Of a DNA stretch of 64,000 bases, positions 12,277 to 25,933 are shown piece by piece (the stretch's first letter is position 1; each line of letters opens with the position of its first letter). Under the pieces are notes generated by a model, which ran no database searches, was not told where the DNA came from, and worked only from the letters and a program-made list of their open reading frames with translations. Both the position numbers and the translations under genes were made by a program. This DNA is from Octopus vulgaris (Eukaryota): positions 77,314,001 through 77,378,000 of the forward strand of contig OX597814.1 of NCBI GenBank assembly GCA_951406725.2. Reading direction: 5' to 3'.

Positions 12277-15200
12277 TACTTTCGCCAGCACATCTGACTG
12301 GATTCCTTCTTCAGCTCACCATTAAAACTGGTGACCCCAAACAAACATTTGAATGACCACTGAACCAGCAACCATCCTACATAAGGTTACAGTTTTGTAT
12401 AAACCACTGAAGTTCAAACACATTTTCCTGCAATGGACCTCCTAGAAATCTTGAATGACTATCATGCTCAATCATCTCCTTCTACTCTTGTGGACTTCAG
12501 GGCATTCTTTCATTTGGCTTGAAATAGCAGTTAAATATGCCAGCAAGACATTTCAAGTTGCGTATTTGCCAGTTTTCTCTTTCTTTGAAATATGTTCTGT
12601 TATCAAATGCAGTACATCTTCACTGGTTCCTTCTGTTTCTTCCAACATGTCCGATAGCATCCCATTGCAGGCAGCTGTATCTTTTGTTTCCCCACCATTC
12701 ACAGGAGACCCAGCCATTTGGTTTTCCCAGCTAGAAGCTAATTTTACAACTAACAACATTACCTTTGTCGCTAGACAGTTTCACTTGGTAGTTGGCGTAT
12801 TACCATCCACCATATGTGGTGAGGCTAAAGACCTCATCACAACCCAATTGGATCAGCCATCATATCTACATATGAAGACAGCAATTTTGAGGTGCACCTC
12901 CACATAGAAACAAAAGTGATATCATCAGCTCCTTCTTAAAGAAATTGTAGGAGATAAACATCTATCACAATTACTTCACTGTATGCATGACCTAGCAGGG
13001 AAAAATACTTTGGATGAAAATATGTTGTGGCAACTTTTATTTCCTGCCTTCCCACTAATGTGCACGCAATTTTGACTACTATAAGGGAACACAGTTCCAT
13101 TCAACAGCTAGCAGGCTTAGCTGACAGTATAATGGACATCTCTTCTTTGACTTCACATGGTGCAGAAAGTTATCTTTCAGTACACGTACAAGATAATGCA
13201 GATATTCATTTTCTAGACTGGAATTTTAGCACAAGCAGGGAGTAGACATCTTTCTGTTGGTATCATAACCATTTTGAATTCATGCACATAAGTGTATTTC
13301 CCCTTGTGCCTTTACTCTGGTTATACAATACCAAGGAAACTCCCTTGTCAGAAATTAAATGCAGCTACATCTCTAGAAAGACCATCCACTTGTTGCATAT
13401 TCTTTATCTACGATACCAATTCCAAGCAGCATTTGTTGGTAGACACAAGAGCAGTATGTAGTATTTGGCCTGTGAGTTTATTGACCAATTCACAGAGACA
13501 AATAGCTGTCACCTTACAGGCAGTAAATCACTCTCCAATTCATACTTTTGGTGAAAAGTCACTTACTTTGGATATTAATCTCCAATGACAATTTTGATGG
13601 GTTTTTATAGCTTTTATAGCCGACTTACCATACTCAATTCTTGTCGCAGATTTTTTGCACCATTTTAATCTTTTGGTTGATTTACAAAATAAGTGATTAA
13701 TCAACTCAAGAACTCATCTCTCTGCACAAGCTCTTCTTCTGTCAGTCCACATTTTTTTTGTTCCATCTTCTAATCATTTCTACAAGCTTTTACTAAAATT
13801 TCTGGATATAACTTGGATGGTTTTTCATAACAAAACTCCAGTGCAATAAGTAATGCACCATGTTATTACAATAAGACCCTTGATTGCATCCCATTCTCAA
13901 CACCTAGCCACAGATAAGCAGTGAAGGAGGAATTTAGTCACATGTTGGACCTGGGTATTATTTATCATTCTAACAGTAATTGGTCATCTCCTTTACACCT
14001 CGTATCTAAAATGTCATGAGTTGGTGTCCCAGTGGAAACTGTCAATGTTTAAATGATTTAACAGTACCAGATAAATATCCTATTCTTCATATTCATGACT
14101 TTTCTGCATTGTTACATCACAGCACTATCTTTGCAGACTGATTTAGTGCATGCATATAACCAGATTCCGATTTAATCTGCGGACATCCCTAAAACAGCTA
14201 TAACTACTCTTTTTGGTTTGTGTGAATTTATTTGAATGCCTTTCAGTCTACATAATGTTGCTAATACTTGTCAGAGATTTATCAACAAAGTCACACATAG
14301 TCTAGATTTTTTTCACTTAGAAGGGGAGCATGTGCTTTAGAACAACTTTTTACTTACCTGTCACAATATGGTGTGATAATTAATGCAAGTAAATGTGTTT
14401 TTGACATTTCTTCCATCACTTTTCTGGGATGTGTAATTGATAAAGATGGATCTTTGTTACCGGATAAGATTGATGCTATTCATCATATTCCAATTCCTTC
14501 TTCTCTAACGAAGTTATGAGAAGTTCTTGGTTTAATTAACTTCTATGGAAGACTTATTCCACATTGTACTGAGACAAATTTTTCCCTCACAGAACTTTTA
14601 CATAATAGAAAGAAAAAAATGATCCTATATCATTAAATTCTACCCAACTGTAGTGTGTTCATCCCACACCAACTACAAGCTTTTGAGGATATTCAGGACA
14701 AGTTATCAAGAGTTACACTTTTGGCTCACCCTTATCATTAATGATTGATGCATTAGATGTAGGAATTGGCAGTTTTGCAACAGCTTGTTCTTAATGTATG
14801 GCAACCACTTTCTCTTTTTTATTCTAAATTCCTCAAACTAGCAGAATCAATGTATAATACCTTCAGTAGAAAACTTTTGACTGTTGATTTAACCATTAAA
14901 CATTTCTGGCATTTTCTTGAAGGTCAAAATTTTATGATTTTCACCAACCATGAACCATTGACTTTTGTTCTATGGTCAAGAACAGATAAATATTCTCCCA
15001 AAGATTTATGACATTTGGATTTCATTTCACAATACACTATTGATATTCAGTATATCAAGGGTGCAGATAATTCTACAGCTAATGCCTTATCTTGCATACA
15101 TATTCATACTTGATATACTCTAGATTCTATTGATTTGCAGCACATTGAGTTGGAGCAACAACAGGATGATGAATTATTGCATCTTCAATCGTGGGACTTC

Positions 15201-16370
15201 TTTAGACCTCCATCTACTACCACTACATTTTACAGATTCTTCTATTTGGTGTGATATTTCTACTGGTATTTCCAGACCTTACATTCCTAAGAGTCATAGA
15301 CAAATGTGCTTTTCAGTTCTTCATAATTTATCTCATCCTGGTATTTCAGCAACAGCAAAATTAATTTCAAGTTGTTTCATGTGGCCCTGTATGCAAAAAG
15401 ACATTCGTAATTGGGCACCCACTTGCAGACTGTATCAGAAGGCTAAAGTTCAATGCCACATCATTGAACTTTTGTTACTCTAAGCACACATTTTAAACAT
15501 AGATATTGTGTGTCCCTTGCTACCAGTTCAAGATACTGTATATTTGTTGACCTGTATAGATCGTTTTTCTAGATGGCCTGGAACCATACCCATCAAGGAC
15601 ATTTCATCTCTCACAATTGCAAAGGCTCTTGTGACTGGGTGGATTTCATGCTTTGGAGCTCCCCTCACCATAACTACTGATAGAGATAGACAATTTGAAT
15701 TGAATCTTTTCACTGAACTTTCGAACTTGTTGGGTACTTGGTGAATCCAAACCACCCCATATGTAATGGAATGATAGAGTATTTTCATTGTCAATTGAAA
15801 ACAGCTCTACATGCTTATCCTGAGTTAGATGTTTGGTTAGAAGTATTACCAATTGTTTAATTAGGTCTTCAATCAGTTGTCAAGGAAGACCTAGGTTTTT
15901 CACCAGTGGAACTACTTTATGGTGCCTTTCTTACATTACCTGGTCAGATGGTCACAAATAAAACTGCAGCTAACTGGAATTTTGATCCAGCAGACTGTGT
16001 TCATCGATTGCAAAAATACATGATGGAATTAACTCCTTTGGTAACCAAATCACAATCAATCAAGTCTTTTGTTCCACTAGACATTCATAAATGGACTCGT
16101 GTTTTCAATGACATTGTCAAGCAACCACTACGTTAGTCTTATACTGGCCCGTATCATGGAAAACATCAGACTATTAACATAGATCATATGAAGCAGACTA
16201 TTATTGATTCACCTTTCCGAGCAACAGTACCCACTTCCCCATCCATACCTACATCCACACATCCTATGCACACCCCTATCATAACAATAAGTTATTACAC
16301 CCCTCGAGCTCAGGTAACCAAGAGTGGAAGAAAAGTTGCTCATACATACTATTCTTGATTACCTTGTGAA
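12259..16370 (+). mobile_element. decayed Ty3/Gypsy LTR retrotransposon internal region (gag-PR-RT-RH-IN)
   Basis: gag PPFTGDPAIWFSQLEANF; protease LLVDTRA; RT-like region about 13950-14450; RNase H IKHFWHFLEGQNFMIFTNHEPL; integrase HNLSHPGI...C..Y and LLTCIDRFSRWP...ITTDRDRQF. Many stops; LTRs not recognisable. Confidence 0.85.
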
Positions 16371-17689
16371 TTTTAAAGACTTTCATGCTTAACTGTTTCA
16401 CATTGAATTTTCTTTCCAGTTTTACAAACTTCGAGCCAATATTGCTCCAGAACCTAAACAGGTTCGTGTCAAAAAAGCAAAAATAAATCATTAGTTTGTT
16501 CTTTTTTTAATTTCAAAAATCAATAACAAAACTGCGTAAATATACAAAGGCATTTGCTATTGAAGAAAAATAATAACAATAACAATATGAAACCAATGAG
16601 GCTTTTGTAGGAAAAGTAAGAATAAAATTGCCAAAAGCTTGCAAAGTATCAGGTAGAATAAAAATAATAGAATATAAAATATAAATTTTTGTTCATTAAT
16701 GTTGGATTCACTCAGAAAAGTCATCAACTTGTTAGTACAATAAACCAAAAAATAAAATAGAAGTCTGGGGAAACTGTTGTAGTCTGCCTCGGCGAAAATT
16801 ATCCAAGCTCGTATATTTCATGTGGAGATGATAATTTGGACATTTCAAACAAAATCCTACTGCCATCAATCTGCTTTACACAGATTGTCTGGAGATTCAA
16901 ACATTTTTTCTCTCTCAAAGGAATTTACTCGAAATGTTAGGATTTTTATGTTGCCACAGTATATGAACTTATCCAAATTAACGAACCTTGTTATTTTTAC
17001 ACGTGACGTAGTTTAAACAACAGCCTGCTTTCTGATGTTTTAGGGCCTCAGTTTTGAAGCCCTACAGTAGCATGATGAATACAGATAGGACGGTCGAGAA
17101 TAAAGCTACACATAGCTGTTAATATCCGAGTTCAATGATTTAACTTTTTCGTAATACCAAGCTAAGTAAAATGGATTAAATAGATAAACACACACACAAA
17201 GTAAATGATTTTCAGCACCAATTCAAATGTTTTGTTTACTGCCTTATTATTATTATTTTTTAATAAGAAATTCTATTTAGCAACATATTTTAAAGAAAAG
17301 AATGAAAAAACATTAAAAATATAATTGATCAAAGTATTGAGAAAAAACCCCAGGACTACCTTACCAAGAAGACAAATAAAAAGAAAATATGTGGGGGAGG
17401 GGTAGTAACAAAATATTCACTATCTGCTACCCTTCCGCCATACAATTTGATCAAGAAATATTTTAGGTTGTATAGCACAGATTAAGACTTCCCACCATAT
17501 GATTCTAAAATTCTTTTTAAAGGGTACTTTTGAATACCACTACATTATGTAATGGTCGATTCAACTTGACATTAAAAGGAAGTTGGAGTAACAAGTGGTT
17601 AAGAAAAGACTGAAAAGACAGCTGCCCGTATCGGACAAAAATAACATCTAACTTATCAAACAACATTTTACCTATTTTGCATTATTTAT

Positions 17690-18042
17690 ATTCTTTTACT
17701 TGTTTCAGTCATTTGACTGCGGCCATGCTGGAGCACCACCTTTTTTAGTCGAGTAAATCGACCCCAAGACTTATACTTCGTAAGCCTAGTATTTATACTA
17801 TCGGTGTCTTTTTGCCGAACCGCTAAGTTACGGGAAAGTAAACACACTAGCATCGGATGTCAAGCGATGTTGTGGGGGACAAACACAGACAGACACACAC
17901 ACACACACATATTTATATATATGACGGGCTTCTTTCAGTTTCCGTCTACCAAATCCATTCACAAGGCTTTGGTCGGCACGAGGCTATAGTAGAAGACACC
18001 CAAAGTGCCACGCAGTGGGACTGAACCCGGAACTATGTGGTT
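17690..18042 (-). mobile_element. tRNA-derived SINE (same family as 7085-7526)
   Basis: tgtttcagtcatttgactgcggccatgctggagcacc...gtgccacgcagtgggactgaacccggaac. Confidence 0.75.
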
Positions 18043-19324
18043 AAAAAAATCGTAAAACAGCGTATTGCATTTATCTTCTAAAATTTGTTAGGTTAATAGT
18101 TAATCAACTCTTTTCGTCAAGGTACCCGCTAATTTACAAGTAACCTAATAACTAGAACAAAATATAGTGGTATATTTGATAAGATAATGAGAAATGGAGG
18201 TGAACATTTCCACAGATAATGAGCAAGAACAAGGGAAAACGGGGGGAAGGACTGAATTAGAGTTTCCGATTTTTGATATTATTTTACATATTTCTCCAGA
18301 TAAAACAAATTCCACTTATGAAGACCAAGTTTAGGTTCGTGGTTTAGATAGGTCATAATCATCAATGGAGTGAAAACTCCAACCAAAGTTAATCATTGAC
18401 TGGCAGTGAAATTACTTCTTTCAGTTAGGTGTAAACACCTAGTGATATAAATTAGGTATCATTAATTGGCAGGCAGTAATGTATGATTACAAATGTATAG
18501 CAAAATTAACAGGTTGTTAAGTATTCGAAAATAATATCTTTTACATGATTCGTAGAATACCAAAATTATTGTATAGCAGTATGTTCTATGTTAACTTAGA
18601 AAATTTATTTTAGTCAACTAAACACACTTTGATCCAAAAAAAAAGTAATAACATGTTCATATAAGTTCCATCAAAAGTTTGTGGTGGGTGTGACTTGAAT
18701 ACTAAGTTATGGAGTAAGCGTTGAATGTAAAACTTGGTTAAGCAAAGTCTCACAAGTAAATACAAAATATAAAGTCTAAGATATTTTCTTAAAATGAGGA
18801 AAGATCATTGCAATATTTTTTCCCTGCATTCAAACCATGAAAGAAGTAATAATTACCATATTTTAATGAAAATGTGTGCTTTGCGTGTAAAGAATATTTA
18901 AAACAAATTATCGATTTTAGCAAATTGGTCTCTGACAATTAAATGTATTTGTTCGGCAAGTTCCGTATAAGATTTTTGTTTTTCAGTTTATTTTTGCAGC
19001 TGAACAGTGAAAAAAAAAGGTCCCACACACACATTCATTGTCTTACTTTTGCACGAGCGACTTGAACAGACACGCACATGCTAACACACACTCACTGATA
19101 CACATACATACATAAATATACACGTTTTCTGTTTTCACGAATCGCTTATGTTTATGTTTTTTGTCTATGTATGTGTTTGTGTTTATGTGCATGTTTGGAT
19201 ATTTGTGTGTATGTAAGCTGGAAAAAAAAAAAGTGAAGAAATAAAAATGTTTTATGGAACTTGCTAAGTAAATACTTGTAGTTTTCCGAGACCAAAAGCA
19301 ATGGATTGCCGAAGAATAAGACAG

Positions 19325-19545
19325 AGTTTAGCATCATTAACAGTCTTCAGACTACAATCTAATCTTGAATTACAATAAGCACAAGGACTGAAATTTTGAG
19401 GGAGGTGTTAAGTCGACCCTAGTTCTCAACTGGTATCATTTTGTCGACCTCGAAAAGATGAAAGGCAAAGTTAACCTCAGCAGGATTTGAACGCAGACGT
19501 AAAATCAGACGAAATACCGCAAAGCATTTCGTTCGGAGTGCTACA
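19325..19545 (-). mobile_element. SINE fragment
   Basis: gtcgacctcgaaaagatgaaaggcaaagttaacctcagcaggatttgaac: B-box-like complement plus a SINE core-like segment. Confidence 0.5.
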
Positions 19546-20001
19546 ACTAGAATTCATGAACTTGTTCAGCAAAAAATATAAATTCAAATTTCTTATAAGT
19601 ATATTTTTTTCTACTTCTTTTGCTTAGCTTATTTCTTAATTTTGCAAGATAACTTTTTTGTTTTGTTTGTACAATGAAAATATTTACATGGGAAAATAGC
19701 TTTGAATATTAAAAACATGACAACGATATCTGTCATCAAACAAATTATTTGTAAAAGAGAACGTTAAGTAGATAAAAAAAAAAGGAACAGGAAATAATTG
19801 TACTTAGCTTAGAATAAAAGTAAAAATTATAATCAAAAAGTAAACGTAAAATCCAATTCCAAGGAAGCTGGTGAGAGGGTAGGCGAAAACGATAAAATCA
19901 AAACAAGTGTTGTTTGAGGAGAAAGTCTTCACTGAAACCAAATATATTGACACTAATAAGTTATGTTGCCTCAACTTCCTGAAACAGGTAATTCTCAACG
20001 A

Positions 20002-20455
20002 AATTTTCAAAAAATACCACTTAGATGCTGTAGATTCAGAGTATATAGGGATTTATTTGTTTGTTTTTTCCGAGGGGTTTCGGAAATTTCACACGACCCG
20101 ACTTTCTTCCCTCGTAAGTTTCAGGAAAATGGGAATCTTTCAGATCAGGAAGACCATATAAGTTGGAATTTCTCCATTTTGACGGGTATTTTCCCCTTTT
20201 CTTTTTTTCATGTAGCCTTCGAAATGATGGGGGAATCTTTTAGTGAAAAAAAGTTTTTAAAATGTATGATTGTTTTAATCATCCCTTCCCTCACCATCAC
20301 AATCCGGTCCAATTTTTGTTGAAAAATATGAGGAAAAACAGTCGGGTCGTATAAATTTTCCGAAACTCTTCTCACCAACCCCTCGGATACATTCTTTCCC
20401 ACAAATCCCTTTATACTTTGAATCTACAGCATCTAAGCGGTATTTGTTGAAAATG
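20002..20455. repeat. inverted-repeat (MITE/foldback-like) element
   Basis: aattttcaaaaaataccacttagatgctgtagattcagagtatatagggg is mirrored by ccctttatactttgaatctacagcatctaagcggtatttgttgaaaat. Confidence 0.6.
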
Positions 20456-20747
20456 TCTTTAATAATATGTAAAAAAACTCGGAATGTTGGGCCTCCAATC
20501 AGGCCTTTCGCAATATCCTTAAAGCCAGGAACTTTACAGCACCTCCTCGTAAACTTGGAAATAAAACTACACTGAGATTAGAAAAAGTGCGTGTTTTGGA
20601 ATTCAAAGTTCAGGAAAAAAACCTGGAATAAGTAAAGTACATTAGGGTTATAATAGTTTCTCAAAAGTTGCATCATGTGTAAAAAGTATATCTGCACAAT
20701 ATTTAAGGCAAATATACATAATTCCATCGAATTCAATTGTAAATTTA

Positions 20748-21599
20748 TTAATTTTTACGTTCGAAAAACATGAAATCTATCAGAAAGAGAGCTCCAATTA
20801 TTGTTGCTTTCATTTTGACATCTAAATCCAATGGAAATGTAACTCCAAAATTGTCTGCGTTTGTGAACATTTCATTGACAAAACCAGCATATTGTTTACT
20901 GATCGTTCCTATAGAGTTCGTTTCACTGTGATCCAAAACTTCAAACTTTTGATCCTGCAAACAGCAAGGACCGTCACAAATACAAATTGGTCCTTTGATT
21001 CGGAAAACAACATCATCATCGGGTGTGGTAATGTCGAACAGGGGTCGTATGAAGCTACAAGTTTGTTTTACTTTGCCAACTACTTGACCGACAGGAGCTT
21101 CAACTGTTACTTCAAAAGCACAATGTTTGGTATTGGCGCACCAACAACATCCAGCACAGCATTTGAATTCTCTAGTTATCCTCATAACTTCTTGTCCCAT
21201 ATTATCAGTTATGTGTATCACAAAACCTCGTGCAGGGCCGCAGCATTGACGCATGCATAAATCAGACTCTTCGCCTGCAAAATATACTTGTTGTCCAACT
21301 GAATTGATCATAATATATTTGTTAGCACATTCGAAGCTAGTTAATGCTTCTACGATTTCAACTTGCTGCTTCACCAAAAGTTGGTCAATCGTTGTCAAGT
21401 ATTCTAAACCAGGTGGACAATTACTAACTGTTGGCCTGGTCATCCACTGTTGAAACCCTTGAGCTTCCGGTTGTGGTCCATATCCTCCGGGTTGGGTTGA
21501 ATAACCACCGGGTTGTGGTGCATATCCAACCGGCGGTGGTTGCTCGCTACCCTTACTTAAATCTGAAGTTCTGGGCTGTGTTGTTACTGGTGTCGACAT
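20748..21599 (-). CDS. PLSCR: phospholipid scramblase family protein (283 aa, single coding exon)
   Basis: Pro/Gly/Tyr-rich N-terminus, CPPGLEYL..IDQLLVKQ, Cys cluster CCAGCCWC, NADNFGVTFPLDLDVKMKA, C-terminal GALFLIDFMFFE. The ORF is intact. Confidence 0.95.
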   Translation of the reverse strand: MSTPVTTQPRTSDLSKGSEQPPPVGYAPQPGGYSTQPGGYGPQPEAQGFQQWMTRPTVSNCPPGLEYLTTIDQLLVKQQVEIVEALTSFECANKYIMINSVGQQVYFAGEESDLCMRQCCGPARGFVIHITDNMGQEVMRITREFKCCAGCCWCANTKHCAFEVTVEAPVGQVVGKVKQTCSFIRPLFDITTPDDDVVFRIKGPICICDGPCCLQDQKFEVLDHSETNSIGTISKQYAGFVNEMFTNADNFGVTFPLDLDVKMKATIIGALFLIDFMFFERKN

Positions 21600-22249
21600 T
21601 CTATTAATGTATCTAAGTTTGACAAACTAAACGAATATATTTTTTGTTTGTTTGTTTTCTGTCTCTGATATAAAAATATCTTCACTATGACTATGTGTAA
21701 CTTGACTAACTGGAGAGATAAAGTGATTTGCTCCTCCCACAACGACTTTGAACCTAAAATCAACCAATTAACAACTTTCGCGGAGTTTCAGATTAGGACA
21801 CCCACATAAGTTGGCAAGGTTTTCCCAGTGTTTTTCTTTCTTTCTTTCTTCTCTTTGCTTTACCGCCACCTTGAAAATGATGGTAAGGCATCTTTTAATG
21901 AAATAAAATTTTCGAATATTTATGATTTTTTAAAAAACTCTGGACTGATTTGGGCCAATTTGTTTTGCACTAAGCACTTAAAAACCACGGGGGAGGGATG
22001 AAAATCTTTGTCAATCTGACATGTATTAGTGTTTTTCAATATTTTTGCCCCCATAAATACATTTTACGGAATGATGATGCGGAAGTAACACACAGGTGGT
22101 CCATTGCTGGGATGGATCTAGTTTTTTCCATCGCAAAATATGCTTTTTATAGAAGACATTAAAAAGTCTGAAAATTGGCTATAATTATTATATTCCAGTT
22201 TCATTGCTCTGAAAGTATAATGTGGAGAAAATAGTTACAGAGGTTTAAA

Positions 22250-24860
22250 AATCGACAAAAAAAAGAACTTGAAGTCTCTGACCGCAATATAGTGCGTTCA
22301 TGTAAAAAGAATCCCAAAGGGGGTGCGGTCTATGATCTTTACCTCCGCCAATTTTTTTTTTTTTTTGCATATTCGTAATCTCCGACATCCAAAATGTAGA
22401 AATCCGAAAAAAGTTTTTCAAAAAAGTGCATTTTTCAAGGAGAGGGGTGATTCTGCATTAGCCCCCAAATTTTTTCAGATTCTTGTTTTCAATATCGGAG
22501 ATTACGATTTAGAAAAAAAAAAAAATTTTAATTTCATTTACCCCCACCTACCCAATTTATTAGCATTGTTTACAGTTGACAAGACATGTTGTCACGCATA
22601 AAATGACAGTTTCCAAATCCTGCTTCCTGATTGGGTGAAAATTATCAAACTTTGAGAGAGCCAAACCGAAGATCAACTCATAATTTCCGTATTTTCCTAC
22701 ATATTTCGCCCAAAAAATATTTCTAAAATAAGTGAAAAATGAAATTGGGCAGGGGGGGGGGGGATTTAAATTTTGAAATTTTTTATTTGGTAATTCGTAT
22801 TAAAATTTTGAAAACGTGTTTCTCGCATGTTAGATTTTCTTTTTGCGTCTACTATTTTATAATTCTACGTATACCTCAAACATTAGTAGAGAAAACATTT
22901 TAATTTCACTTCTAGCCATAGGACGGAGGGAAATGGGTGTTTATTTATTTTTTTGAAAAAATGAAATTTTAGAATTTTTTTTTTTTTTTTTCAGAATCAT
23001 AATCTCTGTATTTTTCTACGCATTTCACCAAAACAGATTTTTTGAAAAAGTGAAAATTTAAGAAATGGGGGAGGGGGAGATTTAACTTTTGAAATGCAGA
23101 CTTTTTTTTTTGCAGATTCGGAATCTCCGCCATCGATATAGTGTGTTCCTGTAACAACATAAAAAAAGAAGTCCCAAAGGGGGTGGGGTCCCGATTTTTA
23201 CCTCCCCCCGATCTCTTTAAAGTAAACATAATCAAAAATTTAAATTGGTGGGGGATTTAAAAAAATATTTTTGGCGGAGGTAAAGATCATGGGATTTGGG
23301 GGGGATGTTTTTACATGAACACACTATCTCGTGGGCAGAGATTCCGAATCTGCATTTCAAAATTTAACCACCACCCCGCCATAAATTTCTTACATTTTTT
23401 GCAGATTTGGAATCTCTGTCCGCAATATAGTGCGTTCGTGTAAAAATAAAAAGAAAGTTTTGGGGAAAAAATGGCCATTTTAATTTCATATGAATACTTT
23501 ATCATATTACTGCGGGAAATTTCTCTGAAAGAAATTTTTTACGGAATCTTATGTTTTTGGTTATAGAGGATCCGATTCTGAAAAAGAAATTTTCAAAAAA
23601 TCGCATTTTCAAAATTTCAATAACTCCCTCCCCCCTCCTTATTTTGCACTTTTCCCAGAATTTTTTTTTTCGCGAAATACGTAAAAAAAAATAAAAGATT
23701 ACGATTTCGAAAAAAAACTGGTTTGAAAAATTTCAATTTTTCAAAAAAAGAATATATATATATATATATCATCAGGCCTTTTACTAGAATGCATACAGAA
23801 ACAAAAAAAAAACAACCGTTTATTTTCACATTTAAGATAGCTGGGGGAATTGGGGGTTGGAGTTTTTCATAAAAAATTTTAATTTAAAATTTGTGTTTAT
23901 TTTTTCCATATTCTTAATCTCCGTATTTCCCACGTAGATTGATGGGGAAAAAATTCGAAAAAAAGTTTTTTAAAACGTTTAAAAAAGTAAGTTTTGGGGA
24001 AAAAATGGCCATTTTAATTTCATATGAATACTTTATCATATTACTGCGGGAAATTTCTCTGAAAGAAATCTTTGCAGAAAGGTGAGTAGACTGATTGCCT
24101 TATGTTATCGCAGTTTTGTGAGATTTGGCTGTTATTTCTAGCATGTGGATAGCCTGGTTGAAGGCCTGATGGTATTTATTCTTTTATTTGTTTCAGTCAT
24201 TTGACTGAGGCCGTGCCGGAGCACCGCCTTTAGTAGCGGGCTTGCCAGGATATATATATATTGAAAAATTGAAATTTTACAAATATTTTCAGAATCGTAA
24301 TCTTCATAGTTTTCTATGGTTTTCGCAAAAAAAAAATTTCTGGGAAAAGTGAAAAATAAGGAGGTGGTAATGGGGGAGGGGTAATTATAATTTTGAAAAT
24401 GTGATTTTTTGAAAGTTTTTTTTCGGAATCGGATCCTCCATAACCAAAAATGTGGGAATCCGTAAAAAAAAAAAAAGACCAATAAATATCCATTTTACCG
24501 GAAGTTATGACCGAAAAATCGGATCTTGTGAATTTTCCGAAAGTCCCCCCCCCCCCGGTCGTCAGCGCGCATCTTTTTTTCATATTCGTTTTCTACATAC
24601 TTGGTAACACCCCGCCCCAGGCTGGTAATTTTTTTTTTCCCCCCGGGTGAGGATCTTTATATTGACCTACTTTTCTACGTATTTCGCCAAAAGAATTTTT
24701 TTTTTAAAATAGTGAATAATGACGAAATTGGGGTGGGAGGAATTTAAATTTTGAATTTTTTTTTTTGCAGATTCGGAATCTCCGCAATCGAAAAAGTGCG
24801 TTTCTGCAGGAAAAAAAAACGAATGGCGGGTGCGGTCCATGTCCTTTACTTCCGCCCAAT
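22250..24860. repeat. degenerate direct/inverted repeat mosaic (foldback or transposon-subterminal-like) with a SINE fragment at about 24110-24235
   Basis: Recurrent cagattcggaatctccg and aatatagtgcgttc motifs in both orientations. Exact ~80-bp direct repeat at 23455-23535 and 23989-24069. Inverted ~220-bp pair at 23541-23765 and 24250-24470. Confidence 0.6.
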
Positions 24861-25933
24861 ATGTATATCTAACAAAATTTGTGGAGTATGATATAAGATA
24901 GTTGTGACTGCCAGTTTATTTTTTAGTTACATACTGTTTGTTTCGTCGCCTATACTTTGGTGGAATAACTACTATATTGAATCGAACAGTACTGTGCGCA
25001 GTTACATATTTCATACTTTAACTTCCTCTTGTTTGAATCCTATTCTGGTTTATGCTTGTATTTTCTTTTGAGTTTACGAGCCTTTTTTATTTCTGCTTAA
25101 TTAGCTTTACTTTTCCTAATTTTGACAAAGAAAAAGTCGGTCGAAAAAAAGTTCAGTCAAACTCCAGTGTTCAACCCGAGCAAAAAAAAAATAGTGCAAT
25201 AGGTGCAAAACAACATGTTTCGCCAGCGCGCATTTATTTTTTCATATTCGTTTACTACTTGTTTTATACCTATTGCATTTTTTTGTCTTTTGCTCGGATC
25301 AAACTCTAGAGTTTGACCAGAAGTTCATATGTAAAAACAATTTTAAATTTAAAAACAGTATTACGACTTTAATTTAATCAAACCAATTTAAAACAGAGAT
25401 GAATAAATTTTACATGCAGAAAAAAGAAAAAGAGATGAAACTATTTTTACAATAGAAAAGGACTGAAGTGCTAGTTTAAGAATAAATAAAATAGTAAAAT
25501 CCAGGATTTGATGAGGGCCAGCATCGGTAAAAAAAATTGTTAACATAAGACAGTTTATGTCTGTATGTTTATACTTTCGCACATCTCACAGTAGCCAAAC
25601 ATACTGACAATGATTACAAACTCTTTGTAAATAAAATTATCTTGACATGTACCAAGCTCACGATTAGTTACAATACCAAGAATAAATTCAATGCGTATAA
25701 ACATTGTAAATAGTAAATTAGGGTTTTAAAGTGCTCCTTGAAAAAATGTTACTTTCAGAAATTTTGGCATAATATATATATATATGAATAGTCGCGTGAA
25801 AAATTAGGAAATGGATGTTAAAAATAGCACGTATATAAACATAATATTCACTTAAAAGAACACCTTTAGCGTAATACGTACGTGTTAAAAAAATATTGAG
25901 AGAGAGAGATAAATTCCATCAGTATGAATGTCC

